Part shown: one piece after another, positions 37,540-51,374 of the stretch | How positions within the stretch are numbered: position 1 is the first letter of the stretch | How the letters are laid out: each line of letters begins with the position of its first letter | Assembly (NCBI GenBank): GCA_001662655.1 | Contig: KV460285.1 | Strand: one strand, 5' to 3' | Source of the DNA: Pseudogymnoascus verrucosus | Lineage: Eukaryota | Length of the DNA: 64,000 nucleotides | Made by a program: the position numbers and the translations under genes | The notes under the pieces: model-generated | What the model saw: the letters and a program-made list of their open reading frames with translations, nothing else | Database searches by the model: none | What the model was told of the DNA's origin: nothing

Positions 37540-39468
37540 TTACTCCCTAACCTCCTTAATCGGCCCCAAATACGTCGTCTTGCCATAAGCATACCAGGCC
37601 ACCGCACTGAAAATAAACGTTCCCCCGTACACAACACTCGTATAATTCATATTCACAGCCGTCACTGGAACAAACGCGGGAAAGAACATCCAAATCGACA
37701 CAAACAACGCGTACACCAGAGAGAATATGTTAAGGGGCATACCCCATCTCCCGAGGTGCCACGGGCCAAAGGGGATTTCATCCCCTGAGAGCCGACGTAC
37801 CACGAGAAGTGCAATTGGGACGATGTAGGTGGAGTACAAGGCCACGGTTGCAAGGCCGGTGATGGCATAGAAGGCGGCCGTGGAGGCGATATTGATTAAG
37901 CCAAGGACGAGTAGGGTGGCGGCGGTGAGGATAATAGATCGGATGGGGATGTGGCGCGTGCTGTGAACCTGGGACGTGTTAGTTTCAGCGAAGCGCAGGA
38001 AAATTGATACTTACGTGCGCAAAGTAGGTCGAGTAAGGCAATCCGTTGTCTCGGCAGAATGCCCAAGTCATACGCGAGGCGGCGGAGAGAAGACCCCAGG
38101 TGGATGTTACGGCCGAAAAGACAATGCCACACACCATCAGGGTTGCGGCCAACTTCGAACTCGTCGCGAAGTAGAATATTTCGATAATTGGGAATCCCGT
38201 GGGGGTCGAGAGGGCGGCGTTGATATCCCCCATGCTGAATAAGAGCGCAATTAGGAAGCCGAAACCGAGAGAGCCATTGAGCACTATACTTGTGATCATG
38301 GCGCGCGGAACGACGGTTGTTGCGTTTTCAATTTCCTCGCTCATGTGCCACGCACCGTCAAAACCTGACTCGGATATGAGACATTGTAACATTAACACAG
38401 GAATTTCGACTTACCAGTAAATGGAAAGGCGCTTGTGAGAAGGCCAACACACCAAGACACGCCATCGCTACTCCAACCTCCTTTGTTCTCAAAATCCGTG
38501 AAGACCCACTCAGCTGAATGTTGCGGTGCAAGACACACCATCGGGATTAAAAGGAGAAACCAGAGCCCTATATGCATCAAGAGAATGATGCTTTCTAGGT
38601 GAGGTAGAATCTTGATGCCAAAGATGTTCACGACGACTGCTGAAGTGACAATCGCAGTATAGAGCAGAGTGCCATGCCATCGCTCGTATACATATGTGTC
38701 GTCGTTTAGGACTAGGAGACCTTGAATCAAAGTCCCGCCGAGGAAGGCTGGTGCCGCCGTAGCAGCTAGCCATGCAAGGACTGAGGCCCATCCTGCGGTG
38801 TGTTAGAATGTTGTACGGCACGACTTTCATGGATGTCTTACCAGTGTACCACCCCAACAATATGGAGTACTTGCGCGGTGCCAGCTGCGCAACCCAGTGA
38901 TACTGCCCTCCAGACGTTGGACTCCTGTTGTGCAAAATTGATTAGAGACAATTGGCCAAACTTTTAAGACATGGCTGGCTTACATTGATGCCATCTCACC
39001 CAGCGACGCACAAGTCGCGAGCGTACCGAAGAAACAGAGAATGAAGCCATATACCAGCGACACGGGACCGCCATTGAGGAGTCCTCCTTGCAGTAAGCTG
39101 TGCTTGGATTAGCCTTTAGCTTGCAGTTGTATGAGGATTACCAACGCTGATAATGGTTCCCATGTAGCCATCAATGTGCTTGAGAACCCCTGGATGCGCG
39201 GTCAGCGCTGTGGCTATCGACTCTGGTATCACTCTGAGGCTGTTCGCACCACCATGGATATGAAGCCAAAGTTCCGCTACTGCTATTAGCTGTATGTCCC
39301 CACCAGTTCATAGCGCCGGAAGCTTACCTTCAGCGCCTGCTTCTTCCCCAAGTTTGCAAGAACCGCTCGGTCACGGCTGCCATAAGAGTACTCCTCGTCA
39401 TCGTTCTTGACCTCGCCCGAGCCGTTCCTGCTGGGCCGGCGCCCTGTCATCTCGAATTCCATAGTCAT
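37540..39468 (-). CDS. APC-superfamily amino acid/choline/GABA permease (many introns)
   Basis: Spliced motifs RNFGFISM, LLNGGP, EMAS..PTSGGQYHWV, GFDGAWHMSEE, SRMTWAFCRDNGLP, MNYTSVV. Confidence 0.9.
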
Positions 39469-40160
39469 GTTTGAAATATAGAGATGTCGATGTCTTTGAA
39501 ATAGCAGATGGCCTCAAACACTAATATGCTTGAGGTGCCATGAGAAATGGGCTCCCTTTGGGGGATATTTGAAGATGAGAGTTGAGCGGGCAAAATCCGG
39601 CACGCGGGGAGCCGGCATTCGAGACAAAACATGATAGAACAGGCACCATACAGTGCATTGGCAGATGCAGGTTCCATTAAAGTGCTCTGCCCCATTGCAC
39701 TGTGCATCCTACCCAGTAGCACAGGTGCAGAGGGCCGCCGGGTGTGATTGAGAAACACTCCTGGATGTGATCAGTACTTTTTCTATTTGGGTAATTTGTC
39801 ACTACTGGCTGATTACACCGAGCCCCCGAAACGAACCCCCGACCAGGGACCTTTTTTGGGGGCTATCAGATTCACAGCGCGCCAAAAGAAATCATGCCAT
39901 GTCGCATGGGAGTGGGTGGTTGCAGCGGACAAGGGTGCCCTATAATACCCAGCACATGCGGAATCCCAGAATGGGCGGCCAGGGGCGAGGGGGAGTGACT
40001 GGCCTGGTCGCCGACCCCTCTGATATTGATAATGACGGACTCAGTGTTATGTTCATTACTTACTTGGTGCTGGCATCGCCCTCATTACTGTATTTTTATT
40101 CTTCACTGTGGCATCTGGAAATTTTCACCGTGTATGCTTAATTGTTAATTCGTTTTCACG

Positions 40161-41467
40161 ATGAGCGAAGAGTCAGATCCAAACCCGCTGGCGGCCTTGT
40201 CACCTCCGCATTGGGTGATTAGCGATACTGATCATGGTGGATATGTGGTTATAGCAAACTGGACGATGATGTGTTTTATGGTTATCACAGTCATTGTCCG
40301 CCTGCTCAGGAAGTTATCCATCAGGTCATGGAGCCTTGATGATAATCTGATTGCAGCTGCTGGTGTAAAGAAGCCCTCTACTCAAGTTTGCCTCCCCAGA
40401 CCAAACTGACAACAACATAGGCATTTGGACTGATACAATGCGGCATACTTCATAAAGCAGTCCTAGCTGGTCTTGGACGCCACGAATCAAGCCTACTCGA
40501 CGGCGAGATAGATATGTACAACAAATATAACTACACATACCAGATTCTATTTATCATAACGACCGTCCTGGCCAAGATGTCGCTGCTCCTTTTCATCACA
40601 AGATTGACACCAAACGTGGCCACAATTAGAGTGGGAAGGATCATTCTATGCCTCATTGCTACATGGGGAGTTGCGACTGTCATTGCATTTGCATTCCAGT
40701 GCTCCTTGCCACAACCATGGAACAACATCTCTGGTGTCTGCAAAAACCAGGCTGCACTATACTACGCTGCCGGAATCATTGATATCATCACAGACATCGC
40801 CCTTACCATTCTGCCAGTTGTCATCCTCTGGGGTGTCCAGATCCAGCGAAGAAAGAGGGCGATAGTGATGCTGGTGTTCATGGCCAGAATGCTGTGGGTT
40901 ATTTAGGCGCCTAGCTTGAGGGAGCAACAGCTAACCAGACTCCACAGTGTATGCCTTGCAGAGATCCCGCGATTGATCTATTTGTCGCGATACATTGGAT
41001 CTACTGACAAACCCTGGTACGGCGCCAATGTGGCAATTTGGACACAGTAAGAAACCCCCCCACCAAAGATCCACCCCTATTTCGCTGACACCAGTCCTCC
41101 ACGTAGGGCAGTTACGCACCTCAGCATTGTCACAGCTTGTATTCCCAGCCTACAGCACCTTTTGGCGAGCATGCAATCCGGCGTCTTCAACACGGCCCTC
41201 CCAGCTGGCTTTGAGGGTGGGCTCTCCTACACGCTTGAGTCTACTGGTAGTGGAGGCATGTCACGCGAACTATACGGCTCAAAGAGGGTCGGGACAACGC
41301 GCACAACGGTCGAGTCTGGCACACAGCCACCGCGATCGGAGAGCAAGACGCGCCTGGTAGTGGATGGGGGCATTTACAAAACAACGGAGTTCGTGCTGAA
41401 CAACGTAGACAACGATCAAGATAGCGGAGCGCGGAAGCGGGGCCCGCCGGCGGGACGCACCGGCTGA
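40161..41467 (+). CDS. Pth11-like integral membrane protein (no CFEM domain), 4 exons
   Basis: DHGGYVVI, SLDD, GLGRH, LAKMSLL, FQCSLPQPW, DIITDIALTILP, WTQ...SIVTACIP after removing introns near 40365-40400, 40894-40947 and 41047-41107. Confidence 0.85.
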
Positions 41468-42411
41468 ACACAGCCCGCTGTCATTTTGCAGGCTAAGTGT
41501 GGTAGTGGACGGTACAGTGGCTAGTCTAGTGTTTATTGCTAGAAGTAACGCAGAGTGGTCTGGTTGGATCGGTATCAATAGCGCGGAGACCAAGGATTAG
41601 ATACCCGTAGCAAATAACGTCTTCATAACTCTTCATACTTCATCCCCTGTGGCGCATTAGCGGCGTGGGCGCATACTATGGCGTTTGCCTTAGCTGGCCG
41701 TTATATATCTACGCACGTTTTCCACAAGCCAATCCCGCCAAATGTCTCACTTCCTCAATGTGGCGAAGCTTGCGGTTCTTTGATTGATTCTCCGTGTGTT
41801 ATGGTTTGGTTTGCGGTGGGTACACCCACGTACGCCCGGCGCCGGATATCTTGGCATATTCTATCACATTTTAACATTGGATCTTATACGATATGCGGCG
41901 TTATATAGCCACAATCTCTGAGATATGCAGGCATTATTAAAGCACAGGCAGTGGATTAATGTCAATCAAATGCACGTCGCGTTTCAAATACAACCTTCAT
42001 ATGTACGTACGTGAAATATTGGATGTGGAAGACCTCGCTTGGCATTACGCCGATGCAGGATCGCTCGTAGCACCCTGTAGCACCTGGTAGCACTCCATCA
42101 CGCCTGATTGCACATGGTACTCTGACATATATATTGGCCGAGATCATTTGGGACAATGCTTGCTTCACACACGGAACGGAAACGGCAAGGTCAATGGACC
42201 AATGAAAGAGATCTGCAACAATGGATTCCCTTGTTGTTTGCATACCTTACTATATCGGGCTCGGACATAGTAGCATCGAGAACGCCGCCGCTATTTGCGA
42301 TCCATATGTATACAACCCACAACTGCGGGTCTGTACCTGTCCGCCCGGATCACTTTCCTACCCTTCCTTCTCTTCCTTGCCTTCCGTCTCATCGCCGCCT
42401 TCCCCTTCTCT

Positions 42412-43146
42412 CTACTCCCTTGCAATCTTGTCCCTAAACATGACAGCGCCGCCCTTGACCCCAGCGATCGGCCCCACATCCGCTCTTCCGGCCTCCTTGA
42501 ATCCAAACTTTGCATAGTAAGGATCCTTCTCCCATGCAGCAATCACCGACGTGCAAATCCCTTCTCCCTCAGCCTGGCTGATCCCCCACTTGACAAGCGA
42601 GCTGCCGTGCTTCTTGCCCTCAAAGTCAGGGTGCGTACAGAGGATGTCAAGGTGCCATGCCTCCTCGCGATCTCCAGACCAGAGGTGCGCAGCATAGGGC
42701 ACAGCGTCCTTGAAGGCCTTGATGTGCTCCGGGTCCGCAGAACGATCTGGCCAGAAGTAGGACACGACGCTGCCCATAACCGTAGCATAGAAGTTCTTGA
42801 TGCCTGTTCAAACTATTAGCACCCTGTAGACCCTTCGGTGCGTGGTTCCAGCGAACTTACGTAGATACAACGGGTTCGCGCGAGCCGCAGCCCCGGGTCC
42901 AATGCGCTCCCAGCATGCCCATGCAACAACGGAGCCAGTCAAGGCATCCACAGCAACATACTGTTCGTACTCGGGCTTGGTGGCGTACATGGCAATGCGC
43001 CTCTCCCACTGGGTGATGTAGTCCTCAGGATATTGGCGACGACGGGGGAACATGAAGCGCCCATAGACGTCGTCCTCCATGAACGCAGCGGCGGCAACCT
43101 CAGCCATGCGGGGGTAGTCCGCTGGGACAGCAGCGCGGATAGACAT
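42412..43146 (-). CDS. GNAT-family N-acetyltransferase
   Basis: Exons 43146-42861 and 42803-42412. IRAAVPAD start; WHLDILCTHPDFEGKKHGSSLVKWG acetyl-CoA motif; YYAKFGF. Confidence 0.88.
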
Positions 43147-43729
43147 CTTGAGTAGCTTGTTTTTGTGAAACTTTGGCTGTTGCTCTGAGACCTCCTTTTC
43201 GCTGGAAATGCTCGTTTCGGGGCGTGCAATGCGAAAGTGATAAATGAGGCCTCCGTGGTGGACCTCCAGAGTGGCCGAGATGGCAATTGTTATTGGCAAA
43301 CTTGCGGAAGTTCGGACTTGGACACCTTGTAAAATATGCCCCTGTAGTAAGGTGTGTGCCAGGTAAGGGTTGTGGAAGGTCGTCCATACTCAGCTGGCGT
43401 GGAATTTGGGGGAGGGGGGTTAGGCCTGGAACCGAACAAACGTGGTAAACAGGCGTGACACGACACCGCGAAGAAATGTGGCACACAAGCAGGGGCTTGA
43501 CACTTGCGACTGCTACGTTAAGACATAATTAGGATCAATACGCATTGTTGGATCAAGGATATTCCTGCAGGCGCTATATGCGGATAATGTGCCGGTTCCT
43601 AGAATCATTGATCTATGGACAAAATTGAAAGCGAACCTCTTTCATACACCATCAACAACTTCACAGAACGTCCTGATCTCTCCGAGGGATTAGAAGAACG
43701 AAGCCTACATCTTATAGACCCCAATTGAG

Positions 43730-45667
43730 ATGCCTATCATGTCTGATAAGGAGGATGTCAAAGAGAGACAAGTTGGGGCTGTTGGTGAGTCTCTCCGAGC
43801 CCGGATTAATTCATGAGACATTCCGTCAGGGAGAAATAGAACAGTCGCTGACCCCCACTCTATAGACTCAGAGCTGAGCCAGGACAACAGTATCCGTAAG
43901 TGACAAGTCCTTTCTGAATCTCCTCAAGGAGTGGTTGCTGAGGCCAATTGGCACAGCAGATGCACTTCCATGTGATGTGATAGCCAGCATAATTGTGCTC
44001 AACTGACGTTCCATCACAGCCAGCTCTCGCGATGGGGAAGTCGACGTCTTCGCCGAAGTTGCGCATCCACCGCGGACGATTGGTGCCCTGGAGGTGCTCT
44101 CTGCTGGATTCAATGTCTGCAATAGTTGGGCCGGTGTGGCCGCGTCCATGTTCCTCGCCATCTTCCAGGGAGGGCCAGTGACGATCATCTATGGCTGCAT
44201 CGTCATTCTCTTTCTGATGGGCGCGACGGCATTGAGCTTGGCGGAGCTGAGTGCCAGATATCCAACTGCTGGAGGGCAGTACCATTGGACTGCGATACTC
44301 GCACCGAAAAAGTATGCGAGAGGAATGGTATGTTTTTGAACCATGTGTAGCTTGACTGAGCCTGACGAGAAACAGAGCTACACGGTTGGCACCATCAACA
44401 TGTTTGGATGGGTCGCCATCTGCGCTGGTATTTGCATCATCATGCCCCAGATCATCATGGGGATTGTTGTCTTCTACAACAATGATTTTGTGATTTTGCA
44501 GTGGCATTCGTTTTTGATATACCAAGTCCTCAACGTCTCAGTGCTTGTTTACAACCTCTTTATTTTACCCAAGGCAGCATGGACACATAATATTGGCTGT
44601 TGGTATATCTGCTTCCGCTTTTGAGTCTTACTAACGACCTTACCAGTCGCATTGTCCCTGCTCTGCTTTATCATCTTTTTCATTACATGTCTCGCCATCG
44701 CCGGCCCCAAGCAGCCAAACGAATATGTGTGGAACACCTTCGTCAATGATTCCGGCTGGCCCGACGGAATAGTCTTCCTTACTGGCCTAGTAAACCCCAA
44801 TTTTATGTACTCCGGTCTTGATGGAGCCATTCATCTTGCGGAGGACTGCATCAACGCTTCGACGGCCGTCCCGCAAGCCCTCATGGCCACCATTGTCATC
44901 GGCTTTGTGACGACCTTCGCATTTGTAGTCGCCATGTTCTATTGCATTTCTGACTTCGATGCGGTCCTTATGACTCCAACTGCTGTCCCCATCTATGAGA
45001 TTTGGAACCAGGCGACTAAGTCCGAGACCGCCGCTACGATCTTCATCGTCCTTCTCCTCCTCACCGGCATCTTTGCTCTCAACGCCAGTCAGCAGACCGC
45101 CTCTCGCCTGACGTTCTCCTTTGCTCGCGATGATGCTCTCATCTTCTCCAAATACATAGGCCAGATGCATCAAGGCCTTGGTGTCCCACCATACGCACTT
45201 TTCTTTAACTCTTTTGTTGTCTTTATTATCGGATGCATCTATCTCGGCTCCACCACGGCTTTCAGCGCCATCATCGGCACCGGCCTTGTCCTGCAACAGC
45301 TCACATTCGCCATTCCAGCCGCTTTACTCATGATACGTGGCCGGGCGCCGCAGTATCTCCCATCGAGCGGGCGCTGGAACTTGGGGAAGTTTGGATGGTT
45401 TGTCAACGGCGTAACAGTGGCGTGGAGCGCCCTCCAACTCGTGCTGTACAATCTCCCTCTCGCGCTGCCCGTGTCGGGTTCAACTATGAGTAAGTCCCTC
45501 CCCATCTTCCACGGTAAATTTAAATGACCTGGGCCTTGCTGATTCTTTGTGCAGATTATACCTGTGCGGTTCTTGGCTGCATGGCTATATTCGCGCTGGT
45601 GAACTGGTTTGCCTACGCGCGCACGCGTTATGCTGGGCCAAAGATCGACTTGACCAAGTTTCAGTAA
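43730..45667 (+). CDS. APC-superfamily amino acid/choline permease (multi-exon)
   Basis: GFNVCNSWAG, GGPVTIIYG, ELSARYPTAGGQYHW, GLDGAIHLAED, SRLTFSFARD, MNYTCAV; stop TAA at 45665-45667. Confidence 0.9.
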
Positions 45668-46376
45668 ATATGGGCAAATATGCCCATAGCCATTAGTCTC
45701 TGTTCTATTCCATTGAGGGTGTTGAAGTTGTAAAAAAGAACGTTGTAAACCAGACAAAGAAGCTTAATTTGGAAGATACAGTACCATATATACATCTAGC
45801 TGTCGCAATATACCATGAATGACTCAGTCTTTGATAGGTTTTCTCGTAATATGTGACTCTAACATTGATTGCTATGGCAATAAAAGGCAAATTCACTGCG
45901 TTGTCACAGCTGGTGCTGGAAGCTGAGCTATGGTATGGTATGTCCCATGGCGCCTGCCGCAACAATATGCTTTAGAGCCGCTCTGCTTCCCTTTAGTACC
46001 CACGCGGCGATTATCTTCACTAGATGTGCCTTGTTATATTTGCTGATGCTATGCTCGCGACTCCGTTGATTTGACCTGGCTTGGATCTCCTGTCCGCATT
46101 CAAGCCGGCTGGGCCCGTATATCCAACATATTTATATTGGAATACCACACCCCTTTCCCGCGCTCTGAAGTATTGAATTGCATGTTCGTGGAATATATGT
46201 GACTACGATATTCTGGCAAAGGACCTGGGTCCTTCGCAAATAGTTACAATTGGCTGTTCGATGTCGCCTAATCTAGCAAATGAGACTCCAAGGCATTCAT
46301 CACATAGACCGACAACCAGAAACCTGGGCCGCGTCCCTCCCAAATAGCTAACCACGGTTCAAACTTCTAACACAAT

Positions 46377-48374
46377 ATGGCAGGCCACTATCCTAACAAC
46401 CTTTATACTCCATATACATGTACTATATGCCGGGGGGAAACAACAGATCGGATTTTGGGGCCATCTCATACTCATGGAAAAGGCTACGCGGCTATCAACG
46501 ACGATCCACGAGCCAGCCCTCACGCCAGAAGGTCATATCTGCCACTTTGGTATCATGAAGCCTGTTATTATAATTTAGCCAGTAGTTTCATCGGTGCAGA
46601 GGTCCCAAAGGAGGGGGAAATCAAGGATTTTTACGAGGCAACTAAGCCTACATATCCGCCCCCTAGGTATAAAAGAGGAATCCGTGAATCCGTGAGGGAG
46701 GGGCTTCTTTTTGGTAAGTATACTAAAGTTGTACTGAGGGGCTGCTTCAGCCAAGCTTTGTTGAGGAGGCTACCTGAGGAGATCATACGTACGATCTTGC
46801 GTTACCTAGGGGAATGTCGGTGGTTGATAGTGCTCGGCGAAACTCGTCGACTGTTTGACCAGTGGCAGCGTGGCTGTGAGGACATATGTGAAATAGTCAC
46901 TACGTCGAAGCCTGTCTTCTTGACAAGAATAGAATTCCGAGGCATTTCTTATATTTCAAAAATCAGCAATGTGCCATTTGGGAAGCCCTCGGACGAAGGG
47001 GTCCCTGGGGAATTGCTTGGAGTGCCACCCAATACGCGGAGACTTATTGTGTCCAAAGACCACATGGGAATCCGCAATATACGACCTGTTGTGGACGGTG
47101 TAGAGCCATCGGAAGATGGATCTGCTTGGTATGAAGTACTTGGCGAACCTAATGCATCATTGAATGCTGAAATTGAGGTCTTATATAATGTGAGACTCCT
47201 CTCTGCTAGGTCTCTGGGAAACTCCCCTAAAGTTAACCCAGGGGTTATTTCTTCGAAGAGTCCGGTCAACTATAACTGATCAAAACCGTGAAAGAGGGAC
47301 GTGGACCATTCCATGTCCGCCTTTGGTCTCGCCGTATAATGTGGATTGCATTGAAGAGGCAAATCAGGGGTCTAGCTGGCTTCACTATACGCAGCTCGAT
47401 GCTGATGTCAAGGGCCTTACCGTTTGCCGCTGGGATAATCGTAATATTGGATTCCATTTCTTCACAGGTTTAACAGTGGATTATAGGCGTTTCGTCTCCC
47501 ATATGAAGCAACAGTACTCGGACTCTTTTCTCACTTGGATGTACTTTCCCATCAATCCTGGCGAATCTATAACCGACGTATGGACCCGCAAGGATGGGGT
47601 TATTGATGAAAATATCCGATCCTCTGGCCCATCAGTTGTTGTAGGTGTTCCTTTTCGGATGTATTATCAAGACTAAATTTGCTATTATAGCTCGAAACAT
47701 CTCTATGCAGAACGATGACTTTCGGGGCATATATACCTTATAAAGAAACGCCCTCTAGTCAGCCTACTTCTCAAATGAGGCCCCATCAGTCTCGTTCTCT
47801 TCTTAGAAGTGGCGACGGCGCCATCTCGGGGATATTCCACAACGGTTTCGATCCGATATCACCATTTATCACGGAGTTTGGAGTTATATGCGATTCTCAC
47901 CGCGCGAGGAAGCCAACCAACCAAATACCAAGTTCGGAAGTGTATTTGTACCCGACCCCTTGGGCCAACTCTCTAGTATGGACCTATGAGTATGAGGATG
48001 CTCATGATTAATGGTACTTGACAAAGGCTCCACTGGAAGGCCTCACTGGGGTACAATTCTGTCAAGACAGGGGACAGCGAAAACGTCCGTGTATTGGACT
48101 CATCCTACACTACAGCGACGGGCATACAGAATCTCTGGGGCAATTCCGCTGGGACTTAACAGTTTCCGATATAATCAGCACTCCTATTAGGATCGAGATA
48201 TGCAGCGATGAGGATCGGCGCTTCAATAACCCTTATATCAGGGCTGTGGAAACAATACCGCCATTCGATACTTGGGGAGACGAAAGAAAGTGGCAAAATA
48301 TTCCGAATCATGGGGTCATCGTTTGGTGGAACAATCCTAGGCTAGGCGAAGAGATCGCGCTTTATAAGTCTTAG
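46377..48374 (+). CDS. F-box-like fungal protein, possibly a pseudogene
   Basis: WYHEACY and F-box-like LRRLPEEIIRTILRYL. Colinear ORF pieces are joined by introns near 47190 and 47641; PCIGLILHYSDGHTESLGQFRWD near the C-terminus. In-frame TAA at 48009-48011. True 5' end uncertain. Confidence 0.6.
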
Positions 48375-48526
48375 TTTCAATAGGTATTGTGAGGCGAAGG
48401 GGCGAAGCTTCGTGGTGCACAGGCGATGGACGTTCCAAATTATCGTAGGTAGGTTATTGTTAATATGATTATTCAACGGGTATAAGATGCTGTTCAATCC
48501 CACGTGTCCATGCGCCAGGCCGCTCT

Positions 48527-50062
48527 CTACGGTGTCTCCCCATTCTCCTTGCCCTTCCCTTTCTTCTCCGTCGCTGCCGGCTCACTATCCGCGGTTTCCC
48601 CCGCTCTTTTAGCAGGGCCATTATCAACTCCTGGCATTTGCGCCTCCTTTATCACATCCCGAGGTGCACTTGTATCCAATCCCGTCCACGCCGGATCCCA
48701 GCCCTGTTCCTCGTCTACCGCGCCTTTCGCCATCCCTTCCTCCGTAACGCCCTTGATATCACTCCAGTACTCCAGCCGTTTAACTTCCCCATCCGCGGCC
48801 TCGACCGCATTAAGTAGATGATTAAGCCTCTCCTTCCTTTTACCGTCTTCCGCGTTTGCAGCCTCACCCTTCTCTTCTACTTCTTTCTGCTCTTTTGAAG
48901 TCTCATCCAATGCCGTAGTCAGATGCGCAAGCAGAGTCCGTCGTGACGCCTGAAAGATAAACATGCCCATAACATCATGCATCCTCTCCGCAAGGTCCTT
49001 TAAGTCCGCCTTGCCCCCCTTCACAAACGCCTCTACAACCTCACTCTTCTCTCGATCGATCCTGCACGCCTTCAGCGCCGCAAGCACCTGTTCAATATCT
49101 TTTATTTCTTCTACCTCCCCCCGCACCATATCACGCCTCGAGCTGCGCCGACTCACGCTGGCACTCGCGCTGCTCAACCTATCCGGATGCACCGCGAAAT
49201 ACTCCGCGGTCAGTCTGTGCGGGTCCTCCGTGTCCGTTTCGTGGTGCACGCGCACGCGCTTCCGGATCCACGCGCGGCGGCGAACAAAAGAGTTGTACCA
49301 GGTCGGGCCGTGCCAGCTACAACGTTTGCTGAACATGAAGCTGTACTCCCAGCCCTCGTCGTCAAGGATCTCGTTATCAGGATCGCGGTTGATGACCCAG
49401 TCGGCCCAGGCCCAGGTCCAGCCTGGATCAGGCACCTGGGCGTTTTTTATATTTGTTGCGGATGGTTTGAAGGCGATATTGGTCCACGGTGCGGCGTCGA
49501 ACATGCCAAGGGCGCGAAAGCTGAATAAAGGGTGTCCACAGAGGAAGCCTCCACGTTCGTTCTCGTAGAGCACATCGATTGCCGACTCAGGCGTGCAGAT
49601 GCTGGGTGATCGGTCTATGGTCACCGACGGCACTACCTTGTGCTTCGGGCGGCCAGACCTGCTATTCTCTCCATCGCTCCCTGACACTATAACGCGCACT
49701 CCTGCGCTCTTCGTCGGGGTCACATCCAGGCTGCTATCATCGTCTGTGATGAGCTGGCCTGCACGCTCTCCGGTTCGTTCTTCGGTCCATTTCTTGCTCC
49801 ACCGTTTATGCTCGATCCCGCCCCTGATCCTCGCGGAGCCCTTGCCGTGGTCGAAGCTATGGCGGCGAGAGAGTGGGGTTTGTGATGTTTGCGGGGTGAC
49901 GGAAGACTCGTCGTCGCTGCGGGGGATTTCGACAGAGCGGCTGCCTACTGGAGATAGATTAGTCTGGTCGACGAGGTGTATTTCATGGTCGTAGTCCTCG
50001 TCGCGTAAGGCAATCGGGCGGCGGCTGGAGGCGTGTGAGACCGCGTTGAATAAGGTGGTCAT
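48527..50062 (-). CDS. Mug65/Spo73-like dysferlin (Pex24p)-domain protein
   Basis: 511 aa; IDVLYENERGGFLCG.PLFS, WTWAWADW, DDEGWEYSF, FVRRRAWIRKR. Confidence 0.8.
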   Translation of the reverse strand: MTTLFNAVSHASSRRPIALRDEDYDHEIHLVDQTNLSPVGSRSVEIPRSDDESSVTPQTSQTPLSRRHSFDHGKGSARIRGGIEHKRWSKKWTEERTGERAGQLITDDDSSLDVTPTKSAGVRVIVSGSDGENSRSGRPKHKVVPSVTIDRSPSICTPESAIDVLYENERGGFLCGHPLFSFRALGMFDAAPWTNIAFKPSATNIKNAQVPDPGWTWAWADWVINRDPDNEILDDEGWEYSFMFSKRCSWHGPTWYNSFVRRRAWIRKRVRVHHETDTEDPHRLTAEYFAVHPDRLSSASASVSRRSSRRDMVRGEVEEIKDIEQVLAALKACRIDREKSEVVEAFVKGGKADLKDLAERMHDVMGMFIFQASRRTLLAHLTTALDETSKEQKEVEEKGEAANAEDGKRKERLNHLLNAVEAADGEVKRLEYWSDIKGVTEEGMAKGAVDEEQGWDPAWTGLDTSAPRDVIKEAQMPGVDNGPAKRAGETADSEPAATEKKGKGKENGETP

Positions 50063-50832
50063 TGTGGGGTTTCGTTGGAAGATAGCTTATGCTCGCTGCA
50101 TCTCGAAGCTCACGGGACAGCTAGAAAGCTGTTTGAGATGTGAATCTGCACCATATACGTGAGATAGGGGGGAAGGCAAAGCTGTGGCCGTGGGTGGCCG
50201 TCGTTTTGGCCTTGTCTTGAGGTTCCAAGTCGCACACCGAGATAACAATGATGGCGAACAAGCTACCGATTGGGCCAAATCACAGAACTTCCAAAAGAAC
50301 GAATAATTAACAAATATGCATAACACAATAATTACTCCGTATACCAAAGAGTGACGAGACGCGACTCTCCTAAAACAAATACAAGCGTCCAAGTTACCAA
50401 TGTCCCAGTTGTTCAGCTACCTACCAGGCAGATTCCCCACCAGGAAACCTTGGAAGGACCTTGCTAACTAACAACTTACTAGAGTAACTTTAGCATCTAT
50501 CCAAGCTCCAATCCAAAATCCAACAATCACGTGCAACCAACAAATCGATGACGTAGCAATTGTTGCTCACTTGGAGATCCCAAGGTCATAGGCAAATGTA
50601 GCAATGCATTTCACAAGGATGGACGAATCATATAACGAGATTGACCCAGCTTGTAACAGGACCCCTCATCACTCTCCGCAAACATCTGTCGCCTTCGGCT
50701 TTCGCTCCCTCCATTGACTTCTTCTCTTTAAAAACAACTCTGAATCTTGACCTCAATTGTCGAGCGACTGTTCCATTATCATATCAACACTAATATAACC
50801 TCCTCCTCCAACCACCAACAACCACATCAACA

Positions 50833-51374
50833 ATGGCCCAGCCAAAGTCCCGCGTCCCTCTCGCTGTCGGCCTTACCGCCGCAGCAGGTGTCGGTTACTA
50901 CCTTTACCAGTCCGGTGGTAATGCGAAAGTAGCAGAGAAGAAGTTTGAGGGTAAGCCAGCCAGATATCCATTCCTACGTCTACCAGCTTTGCAAACGGGC
51001 GACAATATGACGGCCTGCTAACACCACCCCAGCGGATCTCTCATCTGCCTCCGCGCGCGTGAAGGGCGAGCTCCCCGGCCGTGGCAAGGAAGCCGAGAAG
51101 ACAGCCGCTGCATGGGCCACCGAGAAGGGCCAGCAGATCGACGACGCCGTATGTCCTCCCCTACAGCCTTAACCCCACTGCAATATACTGACAAGACCAG
51201 GCTGAGAAGGCGCGCAAGGAGCTTAACAAGACTGGGGAGTCGTTGGATTCCTACCGCAAAGAGGTGGGCAAGGAGGCCATGGCCAAGGTCGACAAGTTCG
51301 ATGCCACAATCGAGAAGGAGGCTGCGAAGGCGAAGAGCGGTATCTCTGGCTGGTTTGGGGGAAGCAGCAAGTAA
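50833..51374 (+). CDS. Small conserved fungal protein with N-terminal anchor and LEA-like charged helix (probably mitochondrial)
   Basis: Exons 50833-50950, 51033-51148, 51201-51374. AAAGVGYYLYQSGG followed by a K/E/A-rich helix ending KAKSGISGWFGGSSK*. Confidence 0.8.

Noticed and set aside
22000..48400. Starship or other large mobile element carrying the accessory block
   Set aside because: No tyrosine-recombinase captain, transposase, terminal repeats or target-site duplication seen.
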